64,000 bases of DNA from Eledone cirrhosa (Eukaryota). The DNA lies in the NCBI GenBank assembly GCA_964016885.1, contig OZ024743.1, forward strand, positions 315,952,001 through 316,016,000. The letters are read 5' to 3'. Both the position numbers and the translations under genes were made by a program. Below are positions 13,347 to 26,727 of the stretch, piece by piece; position 1 is the stretch's first letter, and each line of letters starts with the position of its first letter. Under the pieces are notes generated by a model. That model was not told where the DNA came from, searched no databases, and saw only the letters and a list, made by a program, of their open reading frames with translations.

Positions 13347-15560
13347 CGTTTCTGAATTTGTTTAGCAAGATTCTTTATCTGAAATCGTGTGTTGAAACCG
13401 ATATTGTTATACTTTGGGAGGGTCATGTTGCCAATAAGAAACACACGAACCAGTTGCTTTCACTTCAATTTATTATAATAAATTTATAATAAATTTATAA
13501 ATTTCTGGTTGGTTGGTTGGTTCCACAACCAGATGATTGTTTATATATTGTCATAGTTCTTTCGTCACACACTCGGTGACCTCTTCAGTGACTGGGGATT
13601 CCTTTCTTTGTTTCTGTGCCTCTCCTTTGTTCTGTCCTACGCCATTTTGTTTCTGTGTGTGTGTTGTGTGCTCAGTCTGCGCATGCGCCACATCCGGGTG
13701 TCTGTGTGTGTTTTTATTTGTTTATTTATTTGTTTATTTACATGTTACTGGTTGGTTGTTTGTTCTATGTGCGTGTGTGTTTTCATTTTGTCGTTAATTG
13801 TAAGTTGTGATGTTGCTGTTCCACTCATATTTTCTATTTAATTTTGGTTGTAATTCTTTTATGTTTATTGCCTCTGTAATTTGTCTAAACATTGCGTCTT
13901 TTCTGTGTGTAGATTCTATTTTTATTTCTATGTTCTCTAATTTACCCTTGTGTTCTATTTTAGCATGTTGGTAGAGTACAGATGATTCTTTACTATCTTG
14001 AAGGTCTCGCCAGTGTTCATTTATCCGTTCTCCTACACTACGAGCTGTCTCACCTATGTACACTATATTTTTGTCTCTAGATTGTCCTTCAGTACATCTT
14101 ATGCTATACACTACATTTCTAGTTTTGCAGTTAATATGGGGGCTTATTTACAGGTTATACATTTCTTATCTATACATGAGGGTCTTTGAAAAGGGTATGT
14201 CTTGCTAATAAGTGTTTTTACGGAGGTACCTGGTCTTTCTACTATCTTAATATTGAGTTTATGTTTGTTTAGGGCTCTTCTAAATTTGTAAGCTAATTCC
14301 TCTCTAGGGGTTGTATCGATGAACATTACACTCTGGTATTTATTGCTATCTACCATGAGTTTATTCTATTAGCCTTGTTCCTAGTTCTTTCTATTCTATT
14401 CCAAAATTTGCTCCTATACAAGGGGCAGGTCCCATTTATGTCATTATTTACCATTTTTTCCCATTTGGTTCTGGCTCCTCTATACACTCTGATTTTATCT
14501 CTCTGATTGTAGCCAGAGAACTGCATACGGTGGATGAAGTGTTGTATGTGTCTCTCTAGTTCTTCGGGGTTGCACATGCGGGACACGTTTCTCATCACCC
14601 GTACCAAATCCGCAATCAGTATGTTGATTTTGGTATGGTCCGAAACGGCCGAGTTTCGGTGGATCAGATGTTTGGAAGTCATGGGTTTGGCATAATGGGA
14701 ATGGAGAATTTGTTTTTTGTTGTTAATGGTATATATCCAGAGCCCTGTGTCTAGTACAGGTAATCGATGGTTGGGGTGTTTACTTGGGTAGTCTATAGTA
14801 ACTTTAATGCTCTGGTGGATGAAGTTTGCTATTTGCTGGATGCTTTCCATTGTGTTTTTCTCTAGTTCCTGACTGTTCTCTAGAGGGGGTGTCTTAACTA
14901 CGATGTTTATATCATCAACGTAGCGGGAGTACATTATCAGGGTTAAGGGGCTTCTAATTGTTCTTTAAGTTTAAGTTTAAGTCTACTGTCCCACCATACC
15001 ATGAATAAGTTATCTATGTCGCCTGCAATGCTAACACCAATGGCTGCTCCTTCCTCTTGGGCATATGTTTTTTCCATTAAATTTGAACATATGTTCCTTA
15101 AGGGTTAGTTTTATGCTGGCCCCTACCGCATGTGCAATCATTTTCTTCAGTTCATCGTGGTTTTCGGGTGTCCGTATGGCTCTGGTCCACCCGTTCCATC
15201 TATCTGTGTGGGTTTTCTTGGCCATTGAGGTAATGGTAGGTGGTCTGCCTCTTGCTGGTCTTGTAGAGCACAGGTTGCTAAGGTCATATGTGTCTAGGTA
15301 ATTATTACTATAGGTAAGTTTAAGTAGGAGTCCCAGCTCACTGGTATCAATCCCACGGAACTCAACATTGCTCTCACTGATCATTTTTACGCATTTCTCC
15401 ACAGCAAAATCCACGTCAATAGATGGATACAGGGACACAACATCCATACTACCTATTATGCAGTTTGTTAGGTCCCTAGATTGGTTACTCACGCCGATTC
15501 TGCTGAGGAGGTCCTCCGTGCTGTCACATACATCTGGGGACATTTCAATGATGGGGCGTA
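13344..15560 (-). mobile_element. Inverted, more 5'-truncated copy of the PLE (RT C-terminal part, GIY-YIG, pseudo-LTR)
   Basis: ORFs 15031-15570, 14350-14934 and 13794-14111 on the minus strand mirror the plus-strand element. Confidence 0.92.
13550..13592 (-). ncRNA. Hammerhead motif (mirror of 18768-18810)
   Basis: Reverse complement gtca-CTGAAGA-g-gtcac...gtgac-GAAA-gaac-ta-tgac. Confidence 0.7.
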
Positions 15561-18500
15561 GAAAAATCATTTACAAAACTACGCTGGAGCCTCAAAAACA
15601 AAAACAAAAACAAAAGCAACAATATACGCACACAGATATACAACACACATCCCAACAACAACAGACACACAGACACAAACAACAATAACAACAACATACA
15701 CACCAAAAACAACAACAATAACAATATACCCAGAAACAACAACAACAGACACGCAGACACAAACAACAATAACAACACACACAACAATAATAACACACAC
15801 GGAGACAACAACAACACACATCAACAACAGCACACATCAACAATAACAACACACACGCATTCAATGCCTCTCACCACCACCACAATCTTAACAAACACAC
15901 AGACACAGAAAACAAGTAATAACAGTAGCACAGAAATCACAGAAATAAGGGAAAGTAATAGGATTAAAAGGAGAAGGGAGACTAAGGACAAAGAAAATAA
16001 CCATAACCAAGACGAATATACAGACACACAAAATAGGGTAGATAACAACAATGAGCCAGTGGAAAGAGACAGGAGTAATTATGAGAGACATAGAAACAAC
16101 CATGAGGCTGTTGGTGGAAATAGAAATAGAAACAACACAACTAACAATAACAATAGCACTAGTACACATAAAGCAGCAGCCTGAAACTCTACTTTCTATA
16201 ATCCCTCGGATAAATCGTTCGACCTGCGACGAGTCCACGCCACGACTTTACCATTTAACAAACGCACACAATTGCCGTCGCAGGTCGATGAACAAACAGA
16301 AGCACAATTTAGTATAGCTAGATCCGAACTTAGAAATATTATAGAACAGTATAGCAAGAAGCATAATAGAATGGAGGCCCAGCAACTGGGAGAAAAATCT
16401 GCAAATGGCTTGTGTAAGCTCATGCAGCGCTCACGTAATGGAGAGATAGCATGCTTTCCAACAGACAAGTCTGGCAGAATGTCGGTTGACAGCCTGCCAA
16501 ACTACATCCAGGCAATGCAACCCCACATCACTAACACAAGAGAGGTAACACCACAGGAGCATGAGGATAGAGAAAAAGCCCTCAATGCCCATATGGTGAT
16601 GTGGACGAATATAATGCAGCCCAACAAAAGGACTGCCAATAACTTCCAGGCCTGGAACAATGACGTGCCGGCGTTGTATGGGCTTCGAAAAGACCATAAA
16701 ACGGGCAGTGACCCTGCCACGGGACCACCAACACGGCCAGTCTGTGGAGCTAACATTGCTAGTAACTACAGACTGTCCTACTTCCTCTCCCTGATCATAC
16801 GCCCCATCATTGAAATGTCCCCAGATGTATGTGACAGCACGGAGGACCTCCTCAGCAGAATCGGCGTGAGTAACCGATCTAGGGACCTAACAAACTGCAT
16901 AATAGGTAGTATGGATGTTGTGTCCCTGTATCCATCTATTGACGTGGATTTTGCTGTGGAGAAATGCGTAGAAATGATCAGTGAGAGCAATGTTGAGTTC
17001 CATGGGATTGATACCAGTGAGCTGGGACTCCTACTTAAACTTACCTATAGTAATAATTACCTAGACACATATGACCTTAGCAACCTGTGCCCTACAAGAC
17101 CAGCAAGAGGCAGACCACCTACCATTACCTCAATGGCCTAGAAAACCCACACAGATAGATTGAACGGGTGGACCAGTGCCATACGGACACCCGAAAACCA
17201 CGATGAACTGAAGAAAATGATTGCACATGCGGTAGGGGCCAGCATAAAACTAACCCTTAAGGAACATATGTTCAAATTTAATGGAAAAAGATATGCCCAA
17301 GAGGAAGGAGCAGCCATTGGTGTTAGCATTGCAGGCGACATAGCTAACTTATTCATGGTATGGTGGGACAGTAGACTTAAACTTAAACTTAAAGAACAAT
17401 TAGAAGCCCCTTAACCCTGATAATGTACTCCCGCTACGTTGATGATATAAACATCGTAGTTAAGACACCCCCTCTAGAGAACAGTCAGGAACTAGAGAAA
17501 AACACAATGGAAAGCGTCCAGCAAATAGCAAACTCCATCAACCAGAGCATTAGAGTTACTATAGACTACCCAAGTAAACACCCCAACCATCGATTACCTG
17601 TACTAGACACAGAGCTCTGGCTATATACCATTAACAACAAAAAACAAATTCTCCATTCCCATTATGCCAAACCCATGACTTCCAAACATCTGATCCACCG
17701 AAACTCGGCCGTTTCGGACCATACCAAAATCAACATACTGATTGCGGATTTGGTACGGGTGATGAAAAACGTATCCCGCATGTGTAACCCCGAAGAACTA
17801 GAGAGACACATACAACACTTCATCCACCGTATGCAGTTCTCTGGCTACAATCAGAGAGATAAAATCAGAGTGTATAGAGGAGCCATAACCAAATGGGAAA
17901 AAATGGTAAATAATGACATAAATGGGATCTGCCCCTTGTATAGGAGCAAATTTTGGAATAGAATAGAAAGAACTAGGAACAAGGCTAATAGAATAAACTC
18001 ATGGTATGATAGCAATAAATACCAGAGTGTAATATTCATCGATACAACCCCTAGAGAGGAATTAGCTTACAAATTTAGAAGGGCCCTAAACAAACATAAA
18101 CTCAATATTAAGATAGTAGAAAGACCAGGTACTTCCGTAAAAACACTTATTAGCAAGACATACCCTTTTCAAAGACCCTCATGTATAGATAAGAAATGTA
18201 TAACCTGTAAAATAAGCCCCCATATTAACTGCAAAACTAGAAATGTAGTGTATAGCATAAGATGTACTAAAGGACAATGTAGAGACAAAAAATAGTGTAC
18301 ATAGGTGAGACAGCTCGTAGTGTAGGAGAACGGATAAATGAACACTGGCGAGACCTTCAAGATAGTAAAGAATCATCTGTACTCTACCAACAAGCTAAAA
18401 TAGAACACAAGGGTAAATTAGAGAACATAGAAATAAAAATAGAATCTACACACAGAAAAGACGCAATGTTTAGACAAATTACAGAGGCAATAAACATAAA

Positions 18501-19013
18501 AGAATTACAACCAAAATTAAATAGAAAATATGAGTGGAACAGCAACATCACAACTTACAATTAACGACAAAATGAAAACACACACGCACATAGAACAAAC
18601 AACCAACCAGTAACATGTAAATAAACAAATAAATAAATGAACATAAACACACACAGACACCCGGATGTGGCGCATGCGCAGACTGAGCACACAACACACA
18701 CACACAGAAACAAAATGGCGTAGGACAGAACAAAGGAGAGGCACAGAAACAAAGAAAGGGATCCCCAGTCACTGAAGAGGTCACAGAGTGTGTGACGAAA
18801 GAACTATGACAATATATAAACAATCATCTGGTTGTGGAACCAACCAACCAACCAGAAATTTATAAATTTATTATAAATTTATTATAATAAATTGAAGTGA
18901 AAGCAACTGGTTCGTGTGTTTCTTATTGGCAACATGACCCTCCCAAAGTATAACAATATCGGTTTCAACACACGATTTCAGATAAAGAATCTTGCTAAAC
19001 AAATTCAGAAACG

Positions 19014-19016
<3 letters not shown>
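15561..19016 (+). mobile_element. 5'-truncated Penelope-like retroelement (RT plus C-terminal GIY-YIG), pseudogenised
   Basis: TDKSG, RPVCG, GSMDVVSLYPSID (A), QEEGAAIG...ANLFM (B'), YSRYVDD (C), LPVLD, CxxxxCxxC knuckle, VVYSIRC...YIGETARSVGERINEH; stops at 16182 and 17139, frameshifts near 17414 and 18292; ends in (AT)n. Confidence 0.93.
18768..18810 (+). ncRNA. Type I hammerhead ribozyme motif in the PLE 3' region
   Basis: gtca-CTGAAGA-g-gtcaca(gagtg)tgtgac-GAAA-g(aa)c-TA-tgac; 4-bp stem I, 6-bp stem II, minimal stem III. Confidence 0.75.
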
Positions 19017-19070
<54 letters not shown>

Positions 19071-19072
19071 TA

Positions 19073-19135
<63 letters not shown>

Positions 19136-19158
19136 GTATATGTGTATATATATACATA

Positions 19159-19262
<104 letters not shown>

Positions 19263-19303
19263 CATATATATATATGCGCGTGGGTATGTGTATATATATA
19301 TAC

Positions 19304-19350
<47 letters not shown>

Positions 19351-20884
19351 TACTTCTCTCTCTCTATGTCTCTCTTTCAATCTACCCTCACACAACCACT
19401 ATTTTTTTCTGTCTCTCTATTTATGAAGGTACCCGGATAAACCCGGTATCTCGGAAACCTGTGCCCCGATTTACGCGAAAGTTGTTTTATTTCATTTGTA
19501 TTCCCATTTCAGAGGCAACTTCCTTTCAAAGTATTTTCCCATTATGCGCCGTTTTGGCTGTATTACATTACAGACAAGCACAAAATCACAGAGTTTTAGT
19601 AGTATATAGATTGACAATTATAAAGACTGTGACAGCTTGAAAGGCAGAGGTAAGCGGTCACTGATGAATCTTTAATGACAGATGAAACTAGTTCCTTCTA
19701 TCTTTATATCAGTTTCCCTAGCACGTTATTTTATCTTCGCTGTCTCTTTTTATAGCTAGATTGTGTGTTTTTTTGTGAGAGCAGGTCTCAAAATATCTTA
19801 CTCCATTTAATCATGGTAATTATGAATGTATTATTTAATCATGGTAATTATGAATGTATTATTTAAACAGTAAAATGTTTAGAAAACCGTTTAAAGAGAA
19901 TACACAAGAATATAGCCAGTATGATATTCAAGCCCACCACATTCGAATAATTGCCACTAACGAGCTGAGCTAACGGATCAGCTCCTCCATTCCCACTGCA
20001 ATATAATTTCTATTTATTGCCTACCCCAACCCCCGATTTTTTAAACCTTTTTATGGATAACCACAGATCAGGGAAGTACTCGATTCATCCTTAGTTACAG
20101 AGTAAGCAGAGATGTACGATATCACCCCATAGGAAGCGTGTCTTAGTTTCGGCTGGCATATTTACATATAGCTCTGTGTGTGGGGACAGACAGAGTGTGC
20201 CTTAATGTTGTTACACTAGCTTCAAAAAGTTTTAGTGAAATGTATCATCCCTGTACTTGCTTAACCAATCTCTATTCGTCTAACCACTAAGTTACTATAC
20301 ACACACATACACACACACGCGCACACGATTATGGGGCAAACTTCTTAGACATTTACAAGTATACATAATACTTGTATGTGGTTCGTTATTTTGCAAATAA
20401 AATAAAATAAAATACTCAATATACTCGGTTGAGTGCTCAACCGGCATACCGCCTATGGAAGCATCTTAGCTACCATCAGACACACACATATATATATATG
20501 TAGTTGCAATTTCTACAGACACTGTTCTACAGACTCTGTACAGAGTTGAAGATTCGTTATTCTTTATACAAAGATTGAAAATGCATAAAATAATACAATA
20601 GAAAAAATAAATGAAAAATAAAGAGAAAAGAAAATATAAATTTAATATCAAATGTAAGGGAAAGGGCTGGTGTAGGGAGTGATAGATTAGATTTTGTCAT
20701 GAATTATTAGCTCTACATTCTAATTAGCTGTGATATCTGGACAAAATGGCGAAGGCATTTCCAGCGAAATACGCTACATGATGCACTCTACCTCAGGGGC
20801 TTCTTCTTCAGATGAGATGCACTCCTCCTGGGAAACACGGTAGTTATGCTTGTATTTATCGTTTTCATTGTATCGCAAGCATCT

Positions 20885-20958
20885 GGCCGGTTAACTCAGT
20901 TGGTTACAGCGTCGTGTTAATTACGTGAGTGCCGTGGGTTCCGACCCCATACTGGCGA
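20885..20958 (+). pseudogene. Degenerate tRNA-Ile(AAT)
   Basis: ggccggttaactcagttggttacagcg...; A- and B-box mutations. Confidence 0.8.
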
Positions 20959-21109
20959 GATGATGAATGTTTATATATTTTATTATTTGCCAATTAACCA
21001 GGTCACACATTTGCTACCCACACCAAATCGTCTCTCTCACTATTCAACCTATTAGTGTGCACTCTGCTTTCCCTCTTGGTTGGTGTTTTAATGATGCTGG
21101 CTTAATTAA

Positions 21110-21310
21110 AGCATTGAGGGAATGAGAATGGATTGGCAGTATCGGTAGAGGGTCGGACGCCATGCTTTCCAGCATAGTTACGTCCCTTTACGATCTGAGT
21201 TCAAATCCCGCCGAGGTTGACTTTGCCTTTGATCCTTACAGGGTCGATAAAATAAAGTACCAGTAATGCACTGGGTAATTGCTGGCCAGGCGCCTAAAGT
21301 AAAAACAAAT
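21110..21310 (+). mobile_element. tRNA-derived SINE
   Basis: ttggcagtatcggtagag (A-box-like), gagttcaaatccc (B-box), core gccgaggttgactttgcctttgatcc...gtcgataaaataaagtaccag. Confidence 0.7.
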
Positions 21311-21383
21311 ATTATATATATATATATATATATAATTTTATCACGGTAAGTAAGGTACTAAATGCAAGCAGAGTATAAATATT

Positions 21384-21487
21384 TAATATAGAAATGGCTT
21401 CTATATGACTAAAACTGTTTCATTCGGGAGAAATCATCAGGGCTTCCTGAAACAGTTCTAATCCTGTAGAAGCCATTTCTATATTAT
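21384..21487. repeat. Head-to-head inverted pair of hammerhead-bearing PLE ends
   Basis: Minus-strand copy of the 2578 HHR fused to a plus-strand copy lacking stem II; flanked by (AT)n. Confidence 0.75.
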
Positions 21488-21601
21488 ATATATATATATA
21501 TATACACACACATACACACATGCACGTATTAGAAGCGTGTAAGTTAGTTCGCTATTGTGAGAAATATTGTTATTTAGATATTTAAAAAAAATACCCGTAT
21601 T

Positions 21602-21675
21602 TGGCCTGTATGGGGTTCGAACCCACGACATTCGCGTTATTAGAACGACTCTCTAACCAACTGAGCTAACCGGCC
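21602..21675 (-). pseudogene. tRNA-Ile(AAT), mutated
   Basis: 74 nt; mismatches in the acceptor, anticodon and D stems. Confidence 0.75.
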
Positions 21676-22499
21676 AGACAATGCAGTCCGTTTAAATTAC
21701 ACAATTATCACAATAAACAGAGTAGGAAAAACTACGTTATGTGAAGTTATTAAAATAGATAATAGAGATAGACATATATTGATAGACATATATTGACAAA
21801 ATCAAAAATAGAGAATGAAAAAGAGTGAAATAAAGAAGATAATAGAGATAGAGAGATATTCAGAGTTGACACAATATAGAGTAAAGATAGAAAGAGAAGA
21901 CGATATGTGAAGTGAATAAAAGAGATAATGTAGGGAGAGATATTTAACGTTACATAGATTGTCTTAGGATGTTTCTTAACTGGGGTAGCTTGAATAACAC
22001 ATAGTAGCGATCACTGATGATGTTTTAATAAAAGACAAAACTAACCACAAGTCAGTTTCTAAGGTGTCCTTCTTTTAAAGACAACATGCTCACTCTGTAT
22101 GAAAAAAAATGGCAGGTCCTCACGGAAGCTCCCAACCCAGCATGGTCACTAGTCCTATGCTGAACCTACCCCCAACCCTGCTATTTCCTCCTCCACTGTC
22201 CTCAACCAAGTCTTGCCAGATTTACCTCTCATACAACGTGTAAAACTCTTTGATATTTTTTTCAAGCGAGGCTTTCACTGGCCTCTTTATGACACGCGTA
22301 GCAAGTGGCTGAGTACCTTCTACTATCTTACAGTGATGTTATACCGTAGGTTATTAAACCCTGCTTTTTCCATGACATACCCTTATTTTAAAGATATGTT
22401 CCAGTCTGCTCCAACCAACTCCCAAAAAATCAAGCAAAAGCAAATCAAAAATATATGAGTAAAAGAAATAAAAATATAACTAAACAAGGACGGTAATAG

Positions 22500-22745
22500 A
22501 AACCCGGGCTCCGCTGTCCGTAATGCCCAGCAGAGGAATATAGTCAAATACCGGGGCCGGATCGAATGCTTCCTCTTAGTAGTGGTCTCCGTCGAGACCT
22601 TTGGCATCCTTGATCCTCGCACTGCTGATTTTCTCCGTAAAGTCGGCAAGACGCGGCCGCCTCATATGGGAGCCCCTTGAGGTGGAGTGACTGCTGTGTT
22701 TTCCGACCATTCCCCGCGATAATGCCTTTTGCTAATTTGTCCTCG
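22500..22745 (+). mobile_element. CRE-type retrotransposon 3' fragment (RLE domain end)
   Basis: Translates ...VKYRG...VVSVETFGILDPRTADFLRKVG..., similar to the 31070-31270 region. Confidence 0.55.
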
Positions 22746-22985
22746 TGTCTTCCCCCCCCCCCACTCTGTTTCTTTTGTTGCTTGATTCTTTTTTTTTTCT
22801 TTTCGTTTCCTTATTTGTTCCCTTTGTTTTTATATAAACAGTTTTAAAATACCATGAAACAATAATAGAAATATGTGACAAGTTGACAGATTATACATAA
22901 ATAGAATTATAATTTAATCAACTCTACAAACCACTTCCTTAGTTGACGGCTTGTATAAATAATCTTTAGGAATTCCTAAGCACCT

Positions 22986-23059
22986 GGTCGGTTAGCTCTG
23001 TTGGTTAGAGCGTCGTGCTAATAACGCGAATGTCGTAGGTTCGAGCCCCGTACTGTCCA
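22986..23059 (+). pseudogene. tRNA-Ile(AAT), mutated
   Basis: 74 nt; A14>T plus acceptor and T-stem mismatches. Confidence 0.75.
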
Positions 23060-23526
23060 AGTAACGTTAGATTTTTTTTGTTTTTTACTTTTTCGTTTAT
23101 TCAGAATTAACAAATTCTCTACGTTTAGCCTCATGAGAACACAGATTGAATATATTCAGTAATAAAACTATCATCGGAGCTGGGTACTAATGAATATGTT
23201 CTGTTTTTCATTTCTAAGTAAACGAATACACTTTCACGAATCAATAAACTTAATTATCATCAATATAATCGTAATCTACAACTTCCAAACCATATTCTAG
23301 AAAAGTTTCATTACAAATAAACATTAGTTGTTTGAAAAAGTTATGAAGAAAGAAATTCAACAGGAGACACTTAACTGAGCACAGACAACTAAAACAACAG
23401 ACTCTAGGAGGTCAGAGTTAAACAAACAGAAACACTCCTAATCTTTGATTATCTGATGATAATTATCTAGATCTAGGTGACACACAAACATAGAGATTGT
23501 TATTTTAAAATAAAAGCAGCAACACT

Positions 23527-23600
23527 TGGCCAGTATGGGGGTCGAACCCACGACATTCGCGTTATTAGCACGACGCTCTAACCAACTGAGCTAACCGGCC
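23527..23600 (-). tRNA. tRNA-Ile-AAT: tRNA-Ile(AAT), apparently intact
   Basis: GGCCGGT-TA-GCTC-AGTTGGTTA-GAGC-G-TCGTG-CTAATAA-CGCGA-ATGTC-GTGGG-TTCGACC-CCCAT-ACTGGCC-A. Confidence 0.9.
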
Positions 23601-24358
23601 AGCTGGTCACGATGCAATCAAATTAAACTATTGAAACATTAAAACAAAATCAAAGATAGATAAAGAAAAAGTGTGAAATAAATAAAGAAAATAATAGAGA
23701 TAGTGAGATATTCAGAGTTGACACAATATAGAGTAAAGATAGAAAGAGAAGACGATATGTGAAGTGAATAAAAGAGATAATGTAGGGAGAGATATTTAAC
23801 GTTACATAGATTGTCTTAGGATGTTTCTTAACTGGGGTAGCTTGAATAACATATGGTAGCGATCACTGATGATGTTTTAATAAAAGACGAAACTAACCAC
23901 AAGTCAGTTTCTAAGGTGTCCATTTTTATAAACGGCAAGGTGTTAGATTGGCGCGGAGATTTGGTTGCTATTTTTATCTATTACTTGCTTAAAAGGCTTA
24001 CATGTGTCACTGAATTGGCCAGTCACACAGATATAATATTGCTACATAAACTGAGATCATGAAACGGAAACCCCACTTAGTTTCGGCTGCTCTACAAGCT
24101 TGCGACTTTTCTGGAAAAAATTCTATTGAGTAAGAGTGCATTTTTGAAAGGGTTGGGTCGAGTAACCTGAAGGATACCATCACTGTAAGATGGCGGTATA
24201 TGCTTAGCAACATACTAGGCATGATCCTGAAGTGATCAGCGTCACGAGTTTTAACCAGAGTGTGATGGGTTAGAAGGTGAGGTAGACCTGTCATAATCTT
24301 GTGGAGAACTGTAGAAAAGAACCTGTCAGATATGGCCCTAGTCATATAATAGAGTGAA

Positions 24359-24695
24359 GGCGCATGGCTTAGTGGTTAGAGCGTCGGGCTTATAATCGTG
24401 AGGTTGTGAGTTCGATTCTCGGACCGAGCTTCCCGTTGTGTTCTTGAGCAAGACAATTCATTTCACGTTGCTCCGGTTCAATCAGCTGTAGAAAAGAGTT
24501 GCCACGTCACTGGTGCCAGGCTGTATCGGCCATTGCCTTTCCCTTGGACAACGTCGTTGTCATGGAGAGGGGAGACTGGTATTCTTGGGCGATTGTTGGT
24601 CTTCCACAAACAACCTTTTCCAGACTTCTGCTTCGGAGCGGAATTTTTAGGTGCAAATTCTATGGTCATTGGTGACCGAAGGGAGTTTTACCCAT
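24359..24695 (+). mobile_element. tRNA-derived SINE (second family)
   Basis: ggcgcatggcttagtggttagagcg (A box), gagttcgattc (B box), then body ttgagcaagaca...cagctgtagaaa; no acceptor stem. Confidence 0.75.
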
Positions 24696-24979
24696 GTAAT
24701 AGGCTAATGACAGGGCTTGTAAATGTCCTGGGTGAAGATATTTCATCACCCAGTGATCCGAACAGAACAGGAAGAACAAACTAACAAACTAGTGTTTGTT
24801 AGTTTTCTACTATACACAGACAAACTGCATCTACATCAATGATCCTAAAACTGGTCAACATCGATTAGTAGTGGTCAATGGGACTACTCAGGGAGGGGAC
24901 TGAAATTTGGTGACCAAACTTAACATTGGTATAAGAAATAAAAATATATAAAATAATACGGTTGCGGCGATGGCGGTAG

Positions 24980-25395
24980 AGTTGTGGTGGTGGTGGTGGT
25001 GGTAGTGGTAGTGGTAGTGGAATTGGCGGTGGTGGTGGTGGTAGTGGAATTGGCGGTGGTGATGGTGTTGGTGGTGGTTGAGGTGGTCGTGGTAGTGGTG
25101 GTGGTAGTGTTGGTGATGATGGTGATGGTGGTGGTGATGGTGTGGTGGTGATGGTGGTGGTAGTGGAATTGGCGGTGGTGATGGTGGTTTTGGTGGTTGA
25201 GGTGGTCGTGGTGGTGGTGGTGGTGGTGGTAGTGTTGGTGATGATGGTGATGGTGGTGGTGATGGTGTGGTGGTGATGGTGGTGGTAGTGGAATTGGCGG
25301 TGGTGATGGTCGTGGTGGTGGTTGTGGTGGTTGAGGTGGTGATGGTGGTTGTGGTGGTAGCGGTGGTGCTGGTGGTATTGTTGTTGTCATCGTTG
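24980..25395. repeat. Degenerate (GGT)n repeat with internal ~120-bp duplications
   Basis: Repeated blocks gtagtggaattggcggtggtg; source of the His/Pro/Thr-rich ORFs. Confidence 0.9.
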
Positions 25396-25881
25396 TTTTC
25401 TACTTGAGACACACCGTGTCTACATTTGTTCTGTCATTTGGTCGGTTAATTCTATTAGTTCTACTTTAACCACTAAAACTGTCTACCCTCTCTAATTCAC
25501 CATAACTACAGTTTTGTTACCACCGAGAATTTGTTTCTTTCCAACTTTTTTAATAATGTATATATTTTATTACAATTAATTAGAAATAAACTGGAGAACA
25601 TAATACTTCCATTATTGTAGAGTTCTATTCGATAATGTCTATTTTATTGAATACTTTCAATCTGTGTTTACAGTAGACTAAACGTAATGTATGAGAAATT
25701 GTATTTTGAAATCAAAATGAAAACGTAATGGCAATACAAACAGATTGATACTACGACATATAAAAGTGATAGGGCTTTTAATGATATATATCAATCCTGT
25801 TTACCAATCACTTTGTACATAATATATGTATGTGAAATGGTGATTTAGCAAATCAACAAAAAAAGGAAGACATTTGTTATT

Positions 25882-25955
25882 TGGCCAGTATGGAGCTCGA
25901 ACCTACGACATTCGCGTTATTAGCATAATGCTCTAACCAACTGAGCTCAACGGCC
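25882..25955 (-). pseudogene. Degenerate tRNA-Ile(AAT)
   Basis: 74 nt; anticodon-stem and 5' mutations. Confidence 0.8.
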
Positions 25956-26537
25956 AGATATCTATGTTTCTATGAAAATGAGTAATACAAGACGAACTAA
26001 ACCATACTCACTGAAGCAGAATTATTTCTCCCCCCTCCCATTTCTTGACCATTATCTTTTGTTTGGCACAAAACTTTCTATGACAAACCATCCTTTTCTG
26101 GTACCTATATTATATAGCCAATCATGTGACTGTGAAAATGGCAATAAAGAGCCTTCAAACACGAACTAGCGCGAAATTTGATGTACTTATTCACGTGAGT
26201 CATCAACCAGCCAAATTACACTTATAAAAAAACAATTTGAGCCGCATTTTTTAAGGTAGATACAATAAGATCTTTGGAACGTGAACTGGCGCGAAATTTA
26301 TTGTACTTATGCACGTGACAGTCATCAAGTAAGCAAATTATTTAAAATAAAAAAGAAGCAATTCGAGCCACTCTTTCCACATAAAACAGAAAGAACTTAC
26401 GAACACAAACCAGATGCGAGACAAACCACAAACCCGCCATCTCAATTCTACTTTTGAAAAGCATAACAGTTAAACCGGTAAAGGAAATAGATGAATATTC
26501 TTAAAAAGACTCCAGTTGCATTTCCATTTCTTTTCCT

Positions 26538-26587
<50 letters not shown>

Positions 26588-26727
26588 TTTAGGTTTGTTG
26601 GTTCACCACTGGATAGAACTGGTCATTCCGTATAGTCAGCATTGATGTAATATTAGGGAAACCACTCGACGTAATGCAGCTCACCCGTCTTCGTTTGTGT
26701 TGTTGGTGGTGCGAGTACGGAGTTGAT

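Larger units (their letters stand above)
22872..23920. repeat. Inverted paralog of ~5630-6782 (convergent tRNA pair and spacer)
   Basis: tatgtgacaagttgacag and ataattatctagatctaggtgacacacaaac are reverse complements of the 6765 and 6060 regions. Confidence 0.85.

Noticed and set aside
16182-16184. In-frame TGA as selenocysteine, as in Naiad PLEs
   Set aside because: A single TGA in a copy that also has a TAG stop and frameshifts; no SECIS recognised.
20770-20845. Possible degenerate hammerhead (ctacatgatg...gaaacacggtag)
   Set aside because: The core is too mutated and the cleavage triplet is missing.
24359-24430. tRNA-Ile(TAT) gene
   Set aside because: No acceptor-stem pairing and it continues into a SINE body, so it is a SINE head.
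24888-25412. His/Pro/Thr-rich 156-174 aa ORFs
   Set aside because: They derive from a degenerate (GGT)n trinucleotide repeat; no domain or splice evidence.
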